This document shows, piece after piece, positions 14,961 through 28,666 of a stretch of 64,000 nucleotides of DNA. The number at the start of each line of letters is the position of its first letter. The stretch's first letter is position 1. This DNA comes from Octopus sinensis (lineage: Eukaryota): assembly GCF_006345805.1 (NCBI RefSeq), contig NC_043004.1, positions 83,080,001 through 83,144,000 on the forward strand. Direction: 5' to 3'. Made by a program: the position numbers and the translations under genes. The notes beneath the pieces are model-generated. The model saw only the letters and a program-made list of their open reading frames with translations. It searched no databases and was not told the DNA's origin.

Positions 14961-16057
14961 ACCTGCTGTCATCTCTGAGCGTTCTTCTTTCGTTATTTCT
15001 TGTTACTGCGACCGTGGTTTTGTACCAGTGTGAACAATTTTCTGCTGCTTCTAGTACATAGAGCCGGCAAAGATATTGTACGATAATTTAAATATATTTA
15101 GCTGTTTTATTTACATTAATCTGAGACATATAATGATGGGAAGTAATTGTATATCTATGGGTGAAAGTGTTGCAGTATATCCAACAATTTTTATTTCCTA
15201 ATTCGGTACTTTTCGCCTGCGTGTGTCAGTCATAATAAACATGTTGAATGTATTTTGTATTAAAACTTTGTTACAAGAAAGTTGTATACCAGGAAATCAA
15301 GTATCAGTAAAACCCTGTTCAAATATTTTTTGTACTTAAGTTTGCCTTATTTTGTATTTTTCTTATATTGTAGCTACCGTACACTTGCCATACGTTTGTA
15401 TATATTCGCATGCCATACAAAGAAACAGATAGTGGGAGGCACTAAATAAAAACATAGATTTTACAACGTTTATGGCATTCAACGAAGTTACGTATACTGA
15501 TTCATTTAATTTTGTAAATTATGTTTAATGGTTTGTTTACCGAGCACTATATCAAGGTTGTAAAATTATTAGTTGACACGTAAGTATTCGCCGATACGTT
15601 GATCATGTCTATATATTTAATAGACTCAGTCTATTGTTTGATAATTTATAACGTTTACAGCAGCTTAATCACCTGTCAGGTAAGTTGATCATGTCTAAAT
15701 TTTGATTTGTAGCAATTCCTGAAATATTCGTGATTGATACAGTATGGTTTGTGCATGACATGATAAAGCAGGGAGCACGAATGCAGAATTGCATGTATGG
15801 ATAAATATAGTTCAAATTTATAAAGAAACAAAGACGAAGACATGCATAGGAACAACAAGCAAGTGTATTAGTTTGACGCTCGGGAAAAATGGAAAAGTAT
15901 TTTACGTTTCGAACCTATGCTCTTCGACAGAAAGGAATCAGGAATAGAGAGAGAGAGCGACAAGGCACGTGTTGAGTTCATTGGTCCAACATAGCAAATG
16001 TATAAATGTAAATATATGTATGCATTTATATTTTTACACATATACACGCACCCATGT

Positions 16058-16330
16058 AGAGGCACATGGGCTAGTGGTTAGAGCACTTACCACTAGGATC
16101 ACGGGTTCGAATCTCAGACCGGGCGATGTGTGCGTTTATGAGCGAGACACCTAAGATCCACGCGGCTCCGGCGGAAGGTAATGGCGAACTTCTGCTGACT
16201 CATTCGCCACAACTTTCTGTCAATCTTTCCTCCTGCATCTTGCAGCTCACCTGCGACGGACGGGCGTCCCGTCCAGGAAGAGGAACCTATACACCAAGGG
16301 AAACGGGAAACCGGCCCTATGAGCCAAGCG
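16058..16330 (+). mobile_element. tRNA-derived SINE family C
   Basis: GGGCTAGTGGTTAGAGC A box and GGTTCGAATC B box. The segment CCTGCGACGGACGGGCGTCCCGTCCAGG resembles conserved central SINE domains. Confidence 0.65.
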
Positions 16331-17081
16331 TGGATGGAAAAGGAACAAATAACAACAACACGCACACATATAGAGAGAGACTTGGAATCAATCAGCTGGT
16401 GCAACTTCATTAATCAAACATTTCGCATATCGGAAGCCAGTATGTTGCCTGGGTCATCGGAAGAGGATGCATATCCTCTAGGGTTCCTACGCGCAAAGGC
16501 TTTACATCGTTGTAGCCCTCATCACTGATCTGACGTCCCAGCTACTCTTACAACTGACTAGTATTCGACCTGATGTCCATTTCCAGATCATTACTTCCTC
16601 ATAGGTTTCATTATTGTTTTCAAGCCGATTGTTGGCTCTTTCAAATATCGCCAGTACCCCTTGCAATGTGGAAATCTATTTGCCGATGTTTAACACCAGT
16701 TGACAACAAATACTGTCTATCTGTCTTCTTCTCCATCCGTCTGTTTGTCCGTCTGTCTGTCTATCTGTCTGCCTGTCTGTACGTACGTATGAAATAGACC
16801 ACATTAGTTATTAACTGTGATGTGAACAGAACAATGTAATATTAAAATGTATCCCAATATAGCGATACCATACAGACGTAGGATACATACAACATACACG
16901 CGTTACTCTCTCTCTCTCTCAATCATCCTCTTCTCTTTCTCTCTCTAATATTCTACCTACCTACCTACCTACCTACCTACCTACCTACCTACTTACCTAC
17001 CTACCTGCCTGCCTACCTACCTGCCTACCTATCTACGTGCATACCTACCTACCTACATAATACCTACCTACCTACCTACCA

Positions 17082-17285
17082 ATACAAGGGGCTGCTGAAA
17101 TGTTCCTAGCTTTGGGTAAAAGGAAATACAAGAGGATCGAATAATTATGATTTTAATTCAACATATTTTCCTCTCAGATGCACACACTTATTGCGGTGAT
17201 CTTTCAGTTTTTCTGAGTCATATAAAAGAATTTGGAAATCTGCATCTCCAACCAAGCCTTTCGCGATACTTTTCAGTCAGTAATT
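17082..17285 (+). mobile_element. Mariner-like/MITE terminal fragment (related reverse copies at about 22330-22547 and 23990-24181)
   Basis: TA-CAAGGGGCTGCTGAAATGTTCCT start. Three mutually similar diverged copies occur in the window. Confidence 0.5.
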
Positions 17286-17379
17286 AGAAGCACGCCCTCG
17301 GATTTTTCATTTGTTATTCTGTAGCATCTTCAGTTTCTAATTTTAAAGTTTTAATCTCTGTATGCTTAATTTTAGTTTA

Positions 17380-17581
17380 CTCTTTTACTCTTTTACTTGT
17401 TTCAGTCATTTGACTGCGGCCATGCTGGAGCACCGCCTTTACTCGAGCAACTCGAACCCGGGTCTTATTCTTTGTAAGCCCAGTACTTATTCTATCGGTC
17501 TCTTTGCCGAACCGCTAAGTAACGGGGATATAAACACACCAGCGTCGGTTGTCAAGCGATGTTGGGAGGGGACAAACACAG

Positions 17582-17645
<64 letters not shown>

Positions 17646-17808
17646 CATATATACGACGGGCTTCTTTCAGTTTCCGTCTACCAAATCCACTCACAAGACT
17701 TTGGTGAGCCCGAGGCTATAGTAGAAGACACTTGCCCAAGGTGCCACGCAGTGGGACTGAACCCGGAACCATGTGGTTGGTAAACAAGCTACGTACCACA
17801 CAGCCACT
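17380..17808 (-). mobile_element. SINE family A, full length
   Basis: Reverse complement of 12616-13050, including the internal (TA)n and GCGGTGCTCCAGCATGGCCGCAG. Confidence 0.85.
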
Positions 17809-18930
17809 AATATTCTATTTTGAAATTTTTCGCTTTTAGTTATAAAATTTAAAATCTAAACTGAACTTTTACATTTATTTTCATTTTCTTCTCATTTCTA
17901 TTTTTATATTGAAGTGCTCTGGTTATAAAAACACTAAAATTTTAAATGTCTAAATTTCAAAATTTAAGCCTTAAATTTTATAAAAGATCTTTTTTCGTTT
18001 TCACCAGTTTATAATTCTACATTATCCTTATCCTTTATTCAAATTTAATTTTCAAAAATGTTAAATTGATAATGCTTTTGAATTTCAATTTTATAATTTT
18101 AATTCGAATTTTTTCTTTTTATTACTCTAATATATTTTATTTCATTTCTTTAAATTTCAACAATTAATAAGAAAAGTTTTTTCGACATAAGTCCCATAAT
18201 TAGGTTTCGAAGAGTTCTCCCCCTTGAACGCTCACTCGTCTCGCTTCACCAGACGTATTTTCGCTAGTATTAAACATAGTTACTACTGAAGAACAAGAAT
18301 GAGTATGAGATACATAGCTTCCTTCCAGATCTACCAAGTCATTTTCGTAGAAGTTTTGTATTCTGTCGCAAATTCAGAAACGATTTTATGCATCAAAAAA
18401 AAAAAAAAAAGCGAAATGAAAAGGGAGAAATACAGTTGGAGTTTTATAGAAATATTTGCTTTAATATTTGATTTAACATACACCTGCGCTTAAAATGTAT
18501 CCCCGTTCAGTCAATATTTGAATATATTTTCGTATTTCATTTATCAAAATATTTCCATTTTATCACAATTCAGTCCTGTAATAGACTCTAGTTCTTCCAT
18601 CACAATTCTTATTTGGTCTCTCTCTTTCTCTCAATCTCTCTCTCAATCTCTCTTTCTCAATCTCTCTGTCTCTCATACGCACACAGACATATTTGAGATA
18701 CTTGACTTTTCTGTCAATCACTCGCCAAATCCACATTAATCCTATATTCCCTAGCAATACACTTTTTGTTTAAATAAATTTTAGCTGCGAAAACCTTTCA
18801 GTTTAAAAGTAGCTTCTTCTGGTGACATTTTCAGGTTAAATTTACCCAGCTACATACATTTAAAAAGTGAATACATTGAGTAATGAGGAATTGTAATGGA
18901 CAAACTGTATCGCATTCGTATATGTATGTA

Positions 18931-18994
<64 letters not shown>

Positions 18995-19234
18995 GTGACA
19001 CAAAAAGAATAAGACCTTGATGTGGACATTATGAATGCAGGAGAATATTGTGAGAATATGGTTGCGTGTATTTTTACCTTTTATAATTTTTTCTGCCTTT
19101 TAGAGTAACTTTTATTCAACGGTTTTTCGTAGCGTCTGTTTCCATTAATAGCCGATGAGAATGGATCATAGCTATATTAGCTCCTGCATTTGAAACTCCG
19201 AGAACTATTGTGACAACTTACTAATTTCCTAAAC

Positions 19235-20240
19235 TACACATGCAAAGGTCGTTTATGTAATTTATGAAGAGTAGCGGACCCAAGACAGTCCCCTGTGGAA
19301 CACCGCTGGTGACATTTGCTGGGCTTGAGTGGACTCCATCAACTAGAACGTTGTGTTCTATTCGCCAGGAAATACTTATTCCAGTGTAGAACTTTTCCAC
19401 GGATTCCAACATTTGCCAATTTTGAGAGTAGGATATTATGGTCTACCCTGTCGAACGCTTTACTGAAGTCAAGATATATGACGTCAGAGTTCGAACCTGT
19501 TCCCAAGGCTTTGAGTACATCTTCAATGTGGTGTAAGAGCTGTGTTAGACAATCCCTGCCACAGCGAAAGCCATGCTGATTTGCATTTAGGAGTTTGTAG
19601 GTCTCCAGGAAGTCAGCTATCCTTGATGTGGAAGGTGAGTGAGATTGGGCGATAGTTGAGTGCGAGGGATCTGTTTCCCTGTTTGAAAACCGGGATGACC
19701 GACTAGGATAGAAACTGTTTCGGTATATAACCTGCATCTAACGAATTTCTCCAGAGGTTGGTCAGAGGGACTGCAAGTTGGTGTCTACATTCCTTCAGGA
19801 GACTAGCGGGGAATCTATCAGGGTCTACAGCAGAGTAGTATTTGACCTCATTTATTGCTGCTACGATGTCAGTGGCAGTGAAGGTTATGTCTGAGATTTT
19901 ATGTTGGGAGTCAACTTCGTTCGCTTCTCTTACGTCAATATCAGTGGGAACACTAAAGACAGAGCAGTATTGTTTCTGCAATATTTCTGCCATTCCTTTA
20001 GCATCGTGTTGGGGAATGCCGTTATCATCAATCAATGGCCCAATGGGTGAGACAATGGTTCTATGCTTATTTGCATAAGAATAGAACACTTTTGGGTTCA
20101 GTTTGATGTTTTTGATTACCCACTGTTCCTCCACAGCTCTTTGATTTTCAATGGAGGTTTTCATGTCGGTCTGCAGATGAAGTTTTTCCAGCTCTAGCCT
20201 TTTAATTGTTGTTGAATGTGGATGTTGTGTGTGGGAATAT
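19235..20240 (-). mobile_element. Degraded CR1/jockey-group LINE fragment (family of 34961-37630)
   Basis: [52 protein letters not shown] across frameshifted ORFs. Confidence 0.88.
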
Positions 20241-20386
20241 TGTTGACGTCGTGACGTCCACTGATAAAGAATAAGCTACTAATTTTCTATCTGTTATGTA
20301 TGGTGTTTGTTACGTTTTTATCAGTTGTGCTGGTCATCCGGTGACAGGCGAACACTCATACATTGTCTTCAACAGGAGAGTCCATT

Positions 20387-20427
<41 letters not shown>

Positions 20428-21833
20428 TTTACTTGTTTCATTCATTCGTCTGCGGCTCTGCTGCAGTACTGCTTTCAAGGAGATTTTATTTGAATGAATC
20501 AGCCGAAATCGGGAAGCAAGTTTCTCACTACAGTCACGCCTGCGCATATGCATATATACATACATACATACATACATACATACATACATACATACACACG
20601 AAATGCATGTATGTGTATGTATATGCGCAGGCGTGGCTGTGAGGTGAGAGGCTTGCTTCCCGACGTTTCGACTTCCCGATCACATTGGTCGATTGATTCG
20701 AATAAAAAATTCAAGGTGGTACCAAAGCAGAGCCGCAGTTGTCATAGTGAACCACTGAAATCTACGAGGTTTTTTCATAGAAATTGCAATTATATATATA
20801 TATATATATTTTCTCCGTCTGGATGGGACACCGGTCGGTCGCAGTAATACACATTTTTGCCAGTTGAGTGACTGGAGCATCCCTCACCCTCACAGAGACC
20901 TCAAAAGACATTTTAAAATCTACAAAGATCAGAACTTAACTGCATCACTTGGTGATCCAAAACTGCATCTCTTGGTGGTCCACTAACTCTATGTGGGTGT
21001 TGTTCAGAACATTGTCTGGTTTAAGAAGCCACATGCGATGGCATGGTGGTTCTAAGGTGTAGGTACAGAAGGTAGTCAAACTCTGCATAAGGGGTAGACA
21101 ACAAACATACACACACACACGGATATATATATATATAAGCCATCTATACAATGATATCTGCTTGTCCATTAAAGTTCATTGACTATACGTACTGAGATTG
21201 TCCATCTCCCCCGATGTCATCCATGCTGCAATAGAAGACATCCGCGTGATTTTGAAGTAAAATATATTTCCTTTGAGGTAATTGTATCCCCTGTCGTGGA
21301 CATGCCTTGATTTTAGTAAAACAGAAACTGGATTCAGTAAATGGAATCATTACGATATTTTATTTCTAACGTTTATTTATAAATAAAGGGATGAACAAAT
21401 AAAGAAATGTAGGGCCGATTTATGATATATTTTGTAGCACACTTTCAGTAATGTATCGGCGTTATTAAGTCATGTTATTAAGCAAGTGCAGATGAGTTGG
21501 TAAGAAATAAACAGGGAGAGAAAAAATATTGTGAAAATCTTCTTCTTGATACCGTTTTAGTGAAAAGATGAGCGGAAGTTGTAACTAAATAAGCTGAAAA
21601 TTAATGATCATATATGCGTCTGATAAATCTTATAGAATCGTCTTTGTGTTTCACTGGTTGAAGGAGTTAGAACTCTCTACATTGTCACACCAAGCTTTGT
21701 TGTTTAGAATCTTGCTTGAGAAAGTGCTGTAGGGACGTGATCCGAATGCATTTATTGGTGAAATAATGTTATTAAATCGAGTTTCGTACTGCAGTTACCA
21801 TTGAAACGTGAAAACATAGATGGTGGAGCGCTT

Positions 21834-21890
21834 CTATGATGGTTTTGTCTGAATCACCACTAGTATGTAAGTAATAAAACTCCCCATCAT
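21834..21890 (-). CDS. GRL paralogue 2, exon 4 (TM7b, stop)
   Basis: Acceptor CTTTTCAG|ATG. Encodes MMGSFITYILVVIQTKPS*, matching the TYxxxxxQ signature of the GR/GRL family. Confidence 0.85.
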   Translation of the reverse strand: MMGSFITYILVVIQTKPS

Positions 21891-23051
21891 CTGAAAAGTA
21901 GAAGAGAAAAGTAATTAACTGTTATTTTTAAAGAATTAACAGGATAGTATATATAGAAGTTTATCTCTGTATCTATAAACGGCAAAATGTATATGTATCT
22001 GTGTGTCCTTTATACAAATCCAGTTTTTTACGAAAAGGCTCACATTTTCTATGGGTTTCAAAACTGTCTGAGGGTGGTCGTGAAGATCTTTTCATTTCTC
22101 CACTCACCCAGAAAGCCATTAAAAAATCGATAAATTGACTCCTTATGCCCATAATTTATTTTGTGGCCAAATTGGAGTTTTTCGCTTTTTCTGCCTTCTT
22201 TTTTTTGTTCGACTAATGGCATGTGCACAGTCTCACTAATTTTCCATGAGTATGCCATTCCAGATGTGAAAACCGAAATCCAACGAATATTAATTACTCT
22301 CAATAAAAGCTCCAACTAGCTCAAAAACAACGAAACTGGCCCGGGTTGAAATGTGATAAGAGACTTAGCTCTTGATTTCGTGAGAAATGTTTACTGCGAC
22401 CCAGCAACTTAGTAAAGCTGAAGAACCGTTGCAATAGGTGTGCGAATGTGGGAGAAGAAGAATTTGATTAAAATCATATGATAATTAACTGAACGTGTTG
22501 TATTTTATTTTACCCATTACTAGGAACTTTCCAGCCCCTTCTCGCGAATATACATATATGATTGCCTTGTACGTGGATTTGATGGAAGGAAACTGGCATA
22601 TATCCATGTTTGCATGTATGTATGTGGTTTAATAAGAGATAAAGATAGCCGAATAAAGATAAGCTTGCAGTATCATTATAGCATATCCCAGTATTTAGTT
22701 ATCCGTTGTTCAGGTCTTAATTTCAAAAGCTCCCGATATAACCATCGTCAAATTTTTTAGGCTTCTATAAAACATGCTAGGATCGATCTAATCATGTAAT
22801 CAGTATCTGTAAGTTGATAAGTATTGCGTCTATGTTAGACATGAGATAGAACGTGGAATTTATTCGTTTCGAATGGAAATATTTTACCAAGTAAATATTC
22901 CTGCGTGTATTTTAACCAGCCATATGCAAAACCTAGGAGAAGCATTTGTATTAAAAAAAATAAAGAATTGTAACTGAATGGTGCAAAATATTTATTCAGT
23001 TAGGAACTATAAAAATCATTCTAACACAAGAGTTTAAACATAAATGCACAT

Positions 23052-23153
<102 letters not shown>

Positions 23154-23160
23154 ATATATA

Positions 23161-23825
23161 TATAATCACAATTTAGGTTAGTTGAAATATGTTTGTCACA
23201 TATTTCAACTGCTAAAGGCAAATACACGGCAGTTACCTTGGAGAAAAAATCTCAGATCTTTTCGGTTTGAACGGCAGTTTTTTTTCTAGCGGTGTCATAT
23301 GAAATTGTCACCAATAATTATGACCCTAGTATCGATCTATTGCATTTCAATCTGTTTTAAGTTTAGGGTTAGGGGTGAGGAGAAGGGTATCTTTTTTCTC
23401 TTCACAAATGTAAACAAACCGAATCTGTTTCTTAAACGAGGGACTTATTCATACGGCACAAAATGTTTTTTACCTCAATAGACGTCAGTGATTGGTTGAA
23501 ATTGCAGAAATTGAAGAAAAAAACAACAAATATCTTACAAACTATAGAATTTTCTCAATAATGCCAAGAGAAAAAGATGTTTTATAAACACATTCTACCT
23601 GTATACGAAGTTTAAAATTATGTTAAAAACTGCTGTTCACGCCGAAAAGATCCAAAATCTCTCTTATGGTAAAACGGTGAGAGACGGCGACACTGAACGA
23701 ACGAGGTGTTTTCACACCTGTATATCATAAGAGAGATTTTTTCTCCACGATAACAACACGGCATTTGCCTTTAGGAGTTGAAATATGCGACAAACATATT
23801 TCGACTAACATAAATTGTGATTATA
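23161..23825. mobile_element. Foldback/MITE with ~90-bp terminal inverted repeats, interrupted by a nested MITE
   Basis: TATAATCACAATTTAGGTTAGTTGAAATATG...GGAGAAAAAATCTC at 23161-23253 is inverted at about 23733-23825. Confidence 0.7.
23254..23653. mobile_element. MITE with ~28-bp TIRs and 8-bp TSD
   Basis: TIRs (A/G)GATCTTTTCGG..TGAAC.GCAGTTTTT. TSD AAAATCTC at 23246-23253 and 23654-23661. Confidence 0.8.
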
Positions 23826-24177
23826 CGTTAACACTGCTTAGCGCATCTATTCCGATATATATACATTATCAATTCGAGAATGTCAGGTCCTCATTAGGGA
23901 TTAAATAATCCCAAAACATATATATGTGTGTATGTATAGTATGTATATAGGTTGGGAATGGGATTGCTGGAAAGATTATAGCTTTAAGGATATCGGGTAA
24001 ACCCGAGTTGGAGGCACATATTTTCGAGTTATTTTATTGGGCTTAGTAAAACTGAAGAACTGTTGCAATGTATGTGTGAATGTGGAAGGGGAATAATTTG
24101 AATAAAATTATATGATAATTAATTGAATTTGTGGCATTTTATTGTATCCAACAGTAGGAACTTTTCATGACCTCCTC

Positions 24178-24235
<58 letters not shown>

Positions 24236-24470
24236 CAACAATTGAGGGTAAAATTAATTAATTATTAATCAGTTTCACCAAGTGTTCAGTATGTAAAGGG
24301 ACCATTATAGGCGAATTCAAAATATTACATTATATATAAGGGCTTAGTAAAATAAATTACTTTGCCACATACTGAACTCATTAGAAATACCAGTGAAGAA
24401 ATTTCTTTAGCTGCTATTCTATGAGTTCAGTATGTGCAAAGTAATTTATTTTACTAAGCCCTTATATATA
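24236..24470. repeat. (TA)n-flanked foldback element
   Basis: Inverted arms at about 24331-24389 and 24415-24470 (AAGGGCTTAGTAAAATAAATTACTTTG..CATACTGAACTCAT). Confidence 0.7.
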
Positions 24471-24497
24471 TAATATATATATATATATAATATATAT

Positions 24498-24529
<32 letters not shown>

Positions 24530-24536
24530 TATATAT

Positions 24537-24590
<54 letters not shown>

Positions 24591-24600
24591 TGTTTTTGTG

Positions 24601-24712
<112 letters not shown>

Positions 24713-24787
24713 TATGTGTGTGTGTGTGTGTGTGTATATATATGTATATATATGTATGTGTATGTATGCATATATATATACATGTAT

Positions 24788-24819
<32 letters not shown>

Positions 24820-24859
24820 GTATGTATATGCATGTATGCACGTATGAATACATATACAG

Positions 24860-25317
24860 GCGCAGGAGTGTCTATGTTATAAGAAGCTTGTTTCCCAACC
24901 AAATAGTTCCGGGTTCAGTCCCACTGCGTGGCACTTTGGGCAATTACCTTCTACTCAAAGTGTTGTGAATGGATTTCGTGAACGGAAAGTGAAAAAAAGC
25001 TGCTCGATTATACGTATTATTTTATTCTTTTAATCTTTTCCTTGCTTCATTCATTTGACAGTGACCATGCTGGAGCACCGCTTTTAGTAGAGCAACACGA
25101 CCCCAGGACTTGTTCTTTGTAAGCCTAGTACTTATTATATTGGTCTATTTTGCCGAACAGCAATGTTACACGAGCGTAAACACACTAGCATCGGTTGTCA
25201 AGTGATGTTGGCGTTCGGGAGAACACATACATACATACATATATATATGTATATAAACATAAATATAAATATAAATATAAAAGTATATATATATGTGTGT
25301 GTGTGTGTGTGTATATA

Positions 25318-25371
<54 letters not shown>

Positions 25372-25870
25372 TCAGTGGTTAGAGCGTCGAGCTTACGATC
25401 GTGAGGTTGTGAGCTCGAATCCCAGACCGGGCTGCGTGTTGTGTTCTCGAGCAAGGCACTTTATTTCACGTTGCTCCAGTTCACTCAGCTGTAGAAATGA
25501 GTTGCGACGTCACTGGTGCCAAGCTGCATCGACCTTTGTCTTTCCCTTGGATAACACTGGTGGCGTGGAGAGGGGAGGCTGGCATGCATGGGCGACTGCT
25601 AGCCTTCCATAAACAACCTTGCCCGGACTTGTGTCTAGGAGGGTAACTTTCTAGGTGCAATCCCATGGTCATTCATGACCGAAGGGGGTCTTTACCCTTT
25701 ATATATATATGATGGGCTACTTTCAGGCTCTTTCTACCAAATCCACTTACAAGGCTTCGCTCACCCGAGGCCATAGTTGAAGACTCTTGCCTAAGGTGAC
25801 ACACTGTGGGACTTAACCCAGAACCATGTAGTTGGTAAGCAAGCTTCCTACTACACAGCCATTCCTGCGC
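24860..25870. mobile_element. SINE cluster: family A 5' half (+, about 24862-25005), family A (-, about 25025-25868) interrupted by family B (+, 25367-25698)
   Basis: Direct similarity to the SINE copies at 12616 and 10726. The family B copy sits in the internal microsatellite of the minus-strand family A copy. Confidence 0.75.
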
Positions 25871-26092
25871 TTGTATGTATGAATTGCAGATGTTACCTAT
25901 TCCGATCACTTTTGGACGCGCCTCTTTCAATAAGAATATTTTCCTCCCTTTCGAAAGTAGAAAATATTTTACCCTGAATTCCTTTAAACTCGCCTATGTG
26001 AGCAAAGGTGATGTTTTGAAATATTATTATGAATAAAAATGAACCTTATTTAGCGTCAAATGCAGTGAATATTAAATGCTGTGATAAATTAC

Positions 26093-26182
26093 CGTAAGTG
26101 TTGACGAGGGAGTTATTACGAAACAGCCACCAACATCAATTCCATGAGATTCAGTCGTTAACCGATTTAGGAAAACTAATAT
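26093..26182 (-). CDS. GRL paralogue 2, exon 3
   Basis: TTTTATATTTCAG|...|GTAATT, 90 nt, phase 0-0. Encodes ILVFLNRLTTESHGIDVGGCFVITPSSTLT, resembling the GR IL3/TM7a F..RL...G...GG.F.I motif. Confidence 0.85.
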
Positions 26183-26939
26183 CTGAAATATAAAAAAAAG
26201 ATGAGCGAAAACATGAGCGGAAATTGTGCAACAAGAAACGTTTAAAAACTTTCTCATACCTCAAATTGTGAAGTCTGTGGGCAAATCATCAGTGACGTTA
26301 TCCTGCTATGTGCTTGCACCAACGCAGGGACTCTTACAAATGGGAAAGCTTAGAAATGCGTACAAGCATAAATTTCAAAATAAAATTTCATTTTTACGGA
26401 CAAATTTTAAGCGAAGTTCAGTTGCATAGATGCGCGCATAATTAGCAAATTTCTGCACATTGACACTCTAACCCACACACACCTATGGGTAGTGACAAAG
26501 TGCCAGCTTTTAATCGGTGAGCACTAATCTGTCAATAGCTCACATCTGTTTCATAAATAACTTCCTTGAAGCAATCTCATTTACTAACGTAGTAAATATT
26601 ATGCATCTACAGGCCTCTGTAGTAGACAGCTATCCTGGATGTGGAAAAAAGGGACTGGAATGCTAATGCCACTGGTTTATATTAAAGAGAGCTGACCATG
26701 TTCGAACCGTAATTCCGAAACACTTCCAGCTGCTCAGAATTTACTCAGGGAAGATATTTCCATGAAAGTAAATAGTCAAGTTAATGCTATCATTTAGTGT
26801 TAATTTCACTTTTAAAAAAATTAAATTTCTAATTTTTACATGCTGCAAGTGTGTTAAAAATATCTATTAGAAATGTTTTAGTGTTTTGAATAACATATGT
26901 ATGCAAGAAGAGGAGCTTCAGTTCAGAATTTGGTGCTCG

Positions 26940-27560
26940 AATGTAATTTAATTTAATTTAACGTAGTGCGATACATTGGTAAGGTTTGTGTTATCTTCGC
27001 GTAGTCATGCGTGTGACAATATTTTCTATTCAATAGCAAGGGGATTATTTCACGAATTTAATGTCCATATATGCTTGTATGGTGACATACCATTTTTTCT
27101 GTTTGGGATGTGAAAAAGAGTATGTTGTTGGGTTTATCGAGCTTTGAATTTGCTTGCTGTAGATCTTATATGTGCGGATGTAGTAGTTGGTGAAATGCTA
27201 GGCCTTACGGCTGCGTCACAAGTAGTATTAATACAGAGACAGTTTCCTCCTTAAGTGCAGAGATTCTACAGCCGTAATCCTTATTATGGCTTTGGTTTTC
27301 GTTCGCGCCTCAAGAGAGTTCTTGGTAGTGGTAACTGGCTAGTTTTCTCGAAGTTGTTTGCTGCAGACAATTTATATTGTATTTCTCTATTCGTTTACGA
27401 TAGTTGTAGTTAGGTGGAAAAGTTGTTTGGGAGTATTCTGAAAAATGATAAGGCTGTTTGTGTGAAGACTTGCCTGTGGAATGGAGGTATGCTGAACAAG
27501 ATAGATAATTATCATTTTATTCTTCTTACGGTTCTGTGGGTGTGGTGCTGTTTATATATT
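26940..27560 (-). mobile_element. Highly decayed PLE endonuclease-region remnant
   Basis: Fragmentary peptides (FPPNYNYRK, GGNCL) resemble the linker/GIY-YIG region of 13980-14489. No open frame remains. Confidence 0.35.
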
Positions 27561-27970
27561 TTATTCTTTCCTTGTAACCACTATTATTAAAGGCTATGCA
27601 TAAGGTGTTGTAATTTCGCAGAGCACTATTTCAATGAAAGATAAAGCCGAAAGTCTAATAGATATGTTTTTTTCATAGGGTTTTAATAATGATACGATAC
27701 AACTTAATTTTCATTAATCAGATCTCAGCTTGCTCTCGAAACTTTTAACTTACACATGGACAATATAAAACCAAGATGAACACGAATCTACCAGAGCCCA
27801 ATGATTTCTGAGCTGGTCGAAACTTCAAAGCTAGAAGTAATAGTATCTTGATAAAGGATAATATGTACATATGTACATTATATATATATGTGTGTGTGTG
27901 TGTGTCGGCTTGTATGCATATGTAGGTATATGAATATGTGTATATACACATAAATGCACACACATATATA

Positions 27971-28021
<51 letters not shown>

Positions 28022-28088
28022 AGAGAGGGGGAGGGAGAAAGAATGGTATAAATAGATACAGAGACGGTGAGCAATATATATTGCTTAC

Positions 28089-28157
28089 CTTAGCAACAAC
28101 TTCCTGCTTTACGTCCTGGAATTGCATAAATTGGATACTTTGTGTAATGCTGTGTAC
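28089..28157 (-). CDS. GRL paralogue 2, exon 2
   Basis: TTTCACATCCAG|...|GTAAGC, 69 nt, phase 0-0. Encodes VHSITQSIQFMQFQDVKQEVVAK. Confidence 0.8.
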
Positions 28158-28175
28158 CTGGATGTGAAATAGAAT

Positions 28176-28236
<61 letters not shown>

Positions 28237-28270
28237 CAACAACAACAATAATAATATTAATAATAATAAT

Positions 28271-28520
28271 GATACCTTGCATATGTGCTGTGACTTGTGA
28301 TGCACTTATTTTTTCTGTATCGAATGCTTTACGTAGGGTATGTGCGGTGCCTAGCAGTGCTATTTTCTGTATGTTATATATACTTGTTAGTCCTGGTGTT
28401 TTACTTATGGATTTATCTGAATATTTTTTTATATCTATTGCACTTACTATGATAGGAATTGTTTCGATTTTTAGACTCCACATTGAAGTTAACTCTATTT
28501 CCAGATACATCGATTAGAAG
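28271..28520 (-). mobile_element. R4/Dong-type non-LTR 3' fragment
   Basis: LEIELTSMWSLKIETIPIIVSA..IQKIALLGTAHTLRK, homologous to the end of ORF 28869-29396. Confidence 0.7.
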
Positions 28521-28569
28521 CATTTTTGACTCCTTTATCATCATCATCATTATCATCATCATCATTACC

Positions 28570-28603
<34 letters not shown>

Positions 28604-28622
28604 TCATTATCATTATTATTAC

Positions 28623-28665
<43 letters not shown>

Positions 28666-28666
<1 letters not shown>

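Noticed and set aside
25367-25440. tRNA gene
   Set aside because: It is the tRNA-derived head of a SINE, continuing into a conserved body that is also present at 10726-11062.
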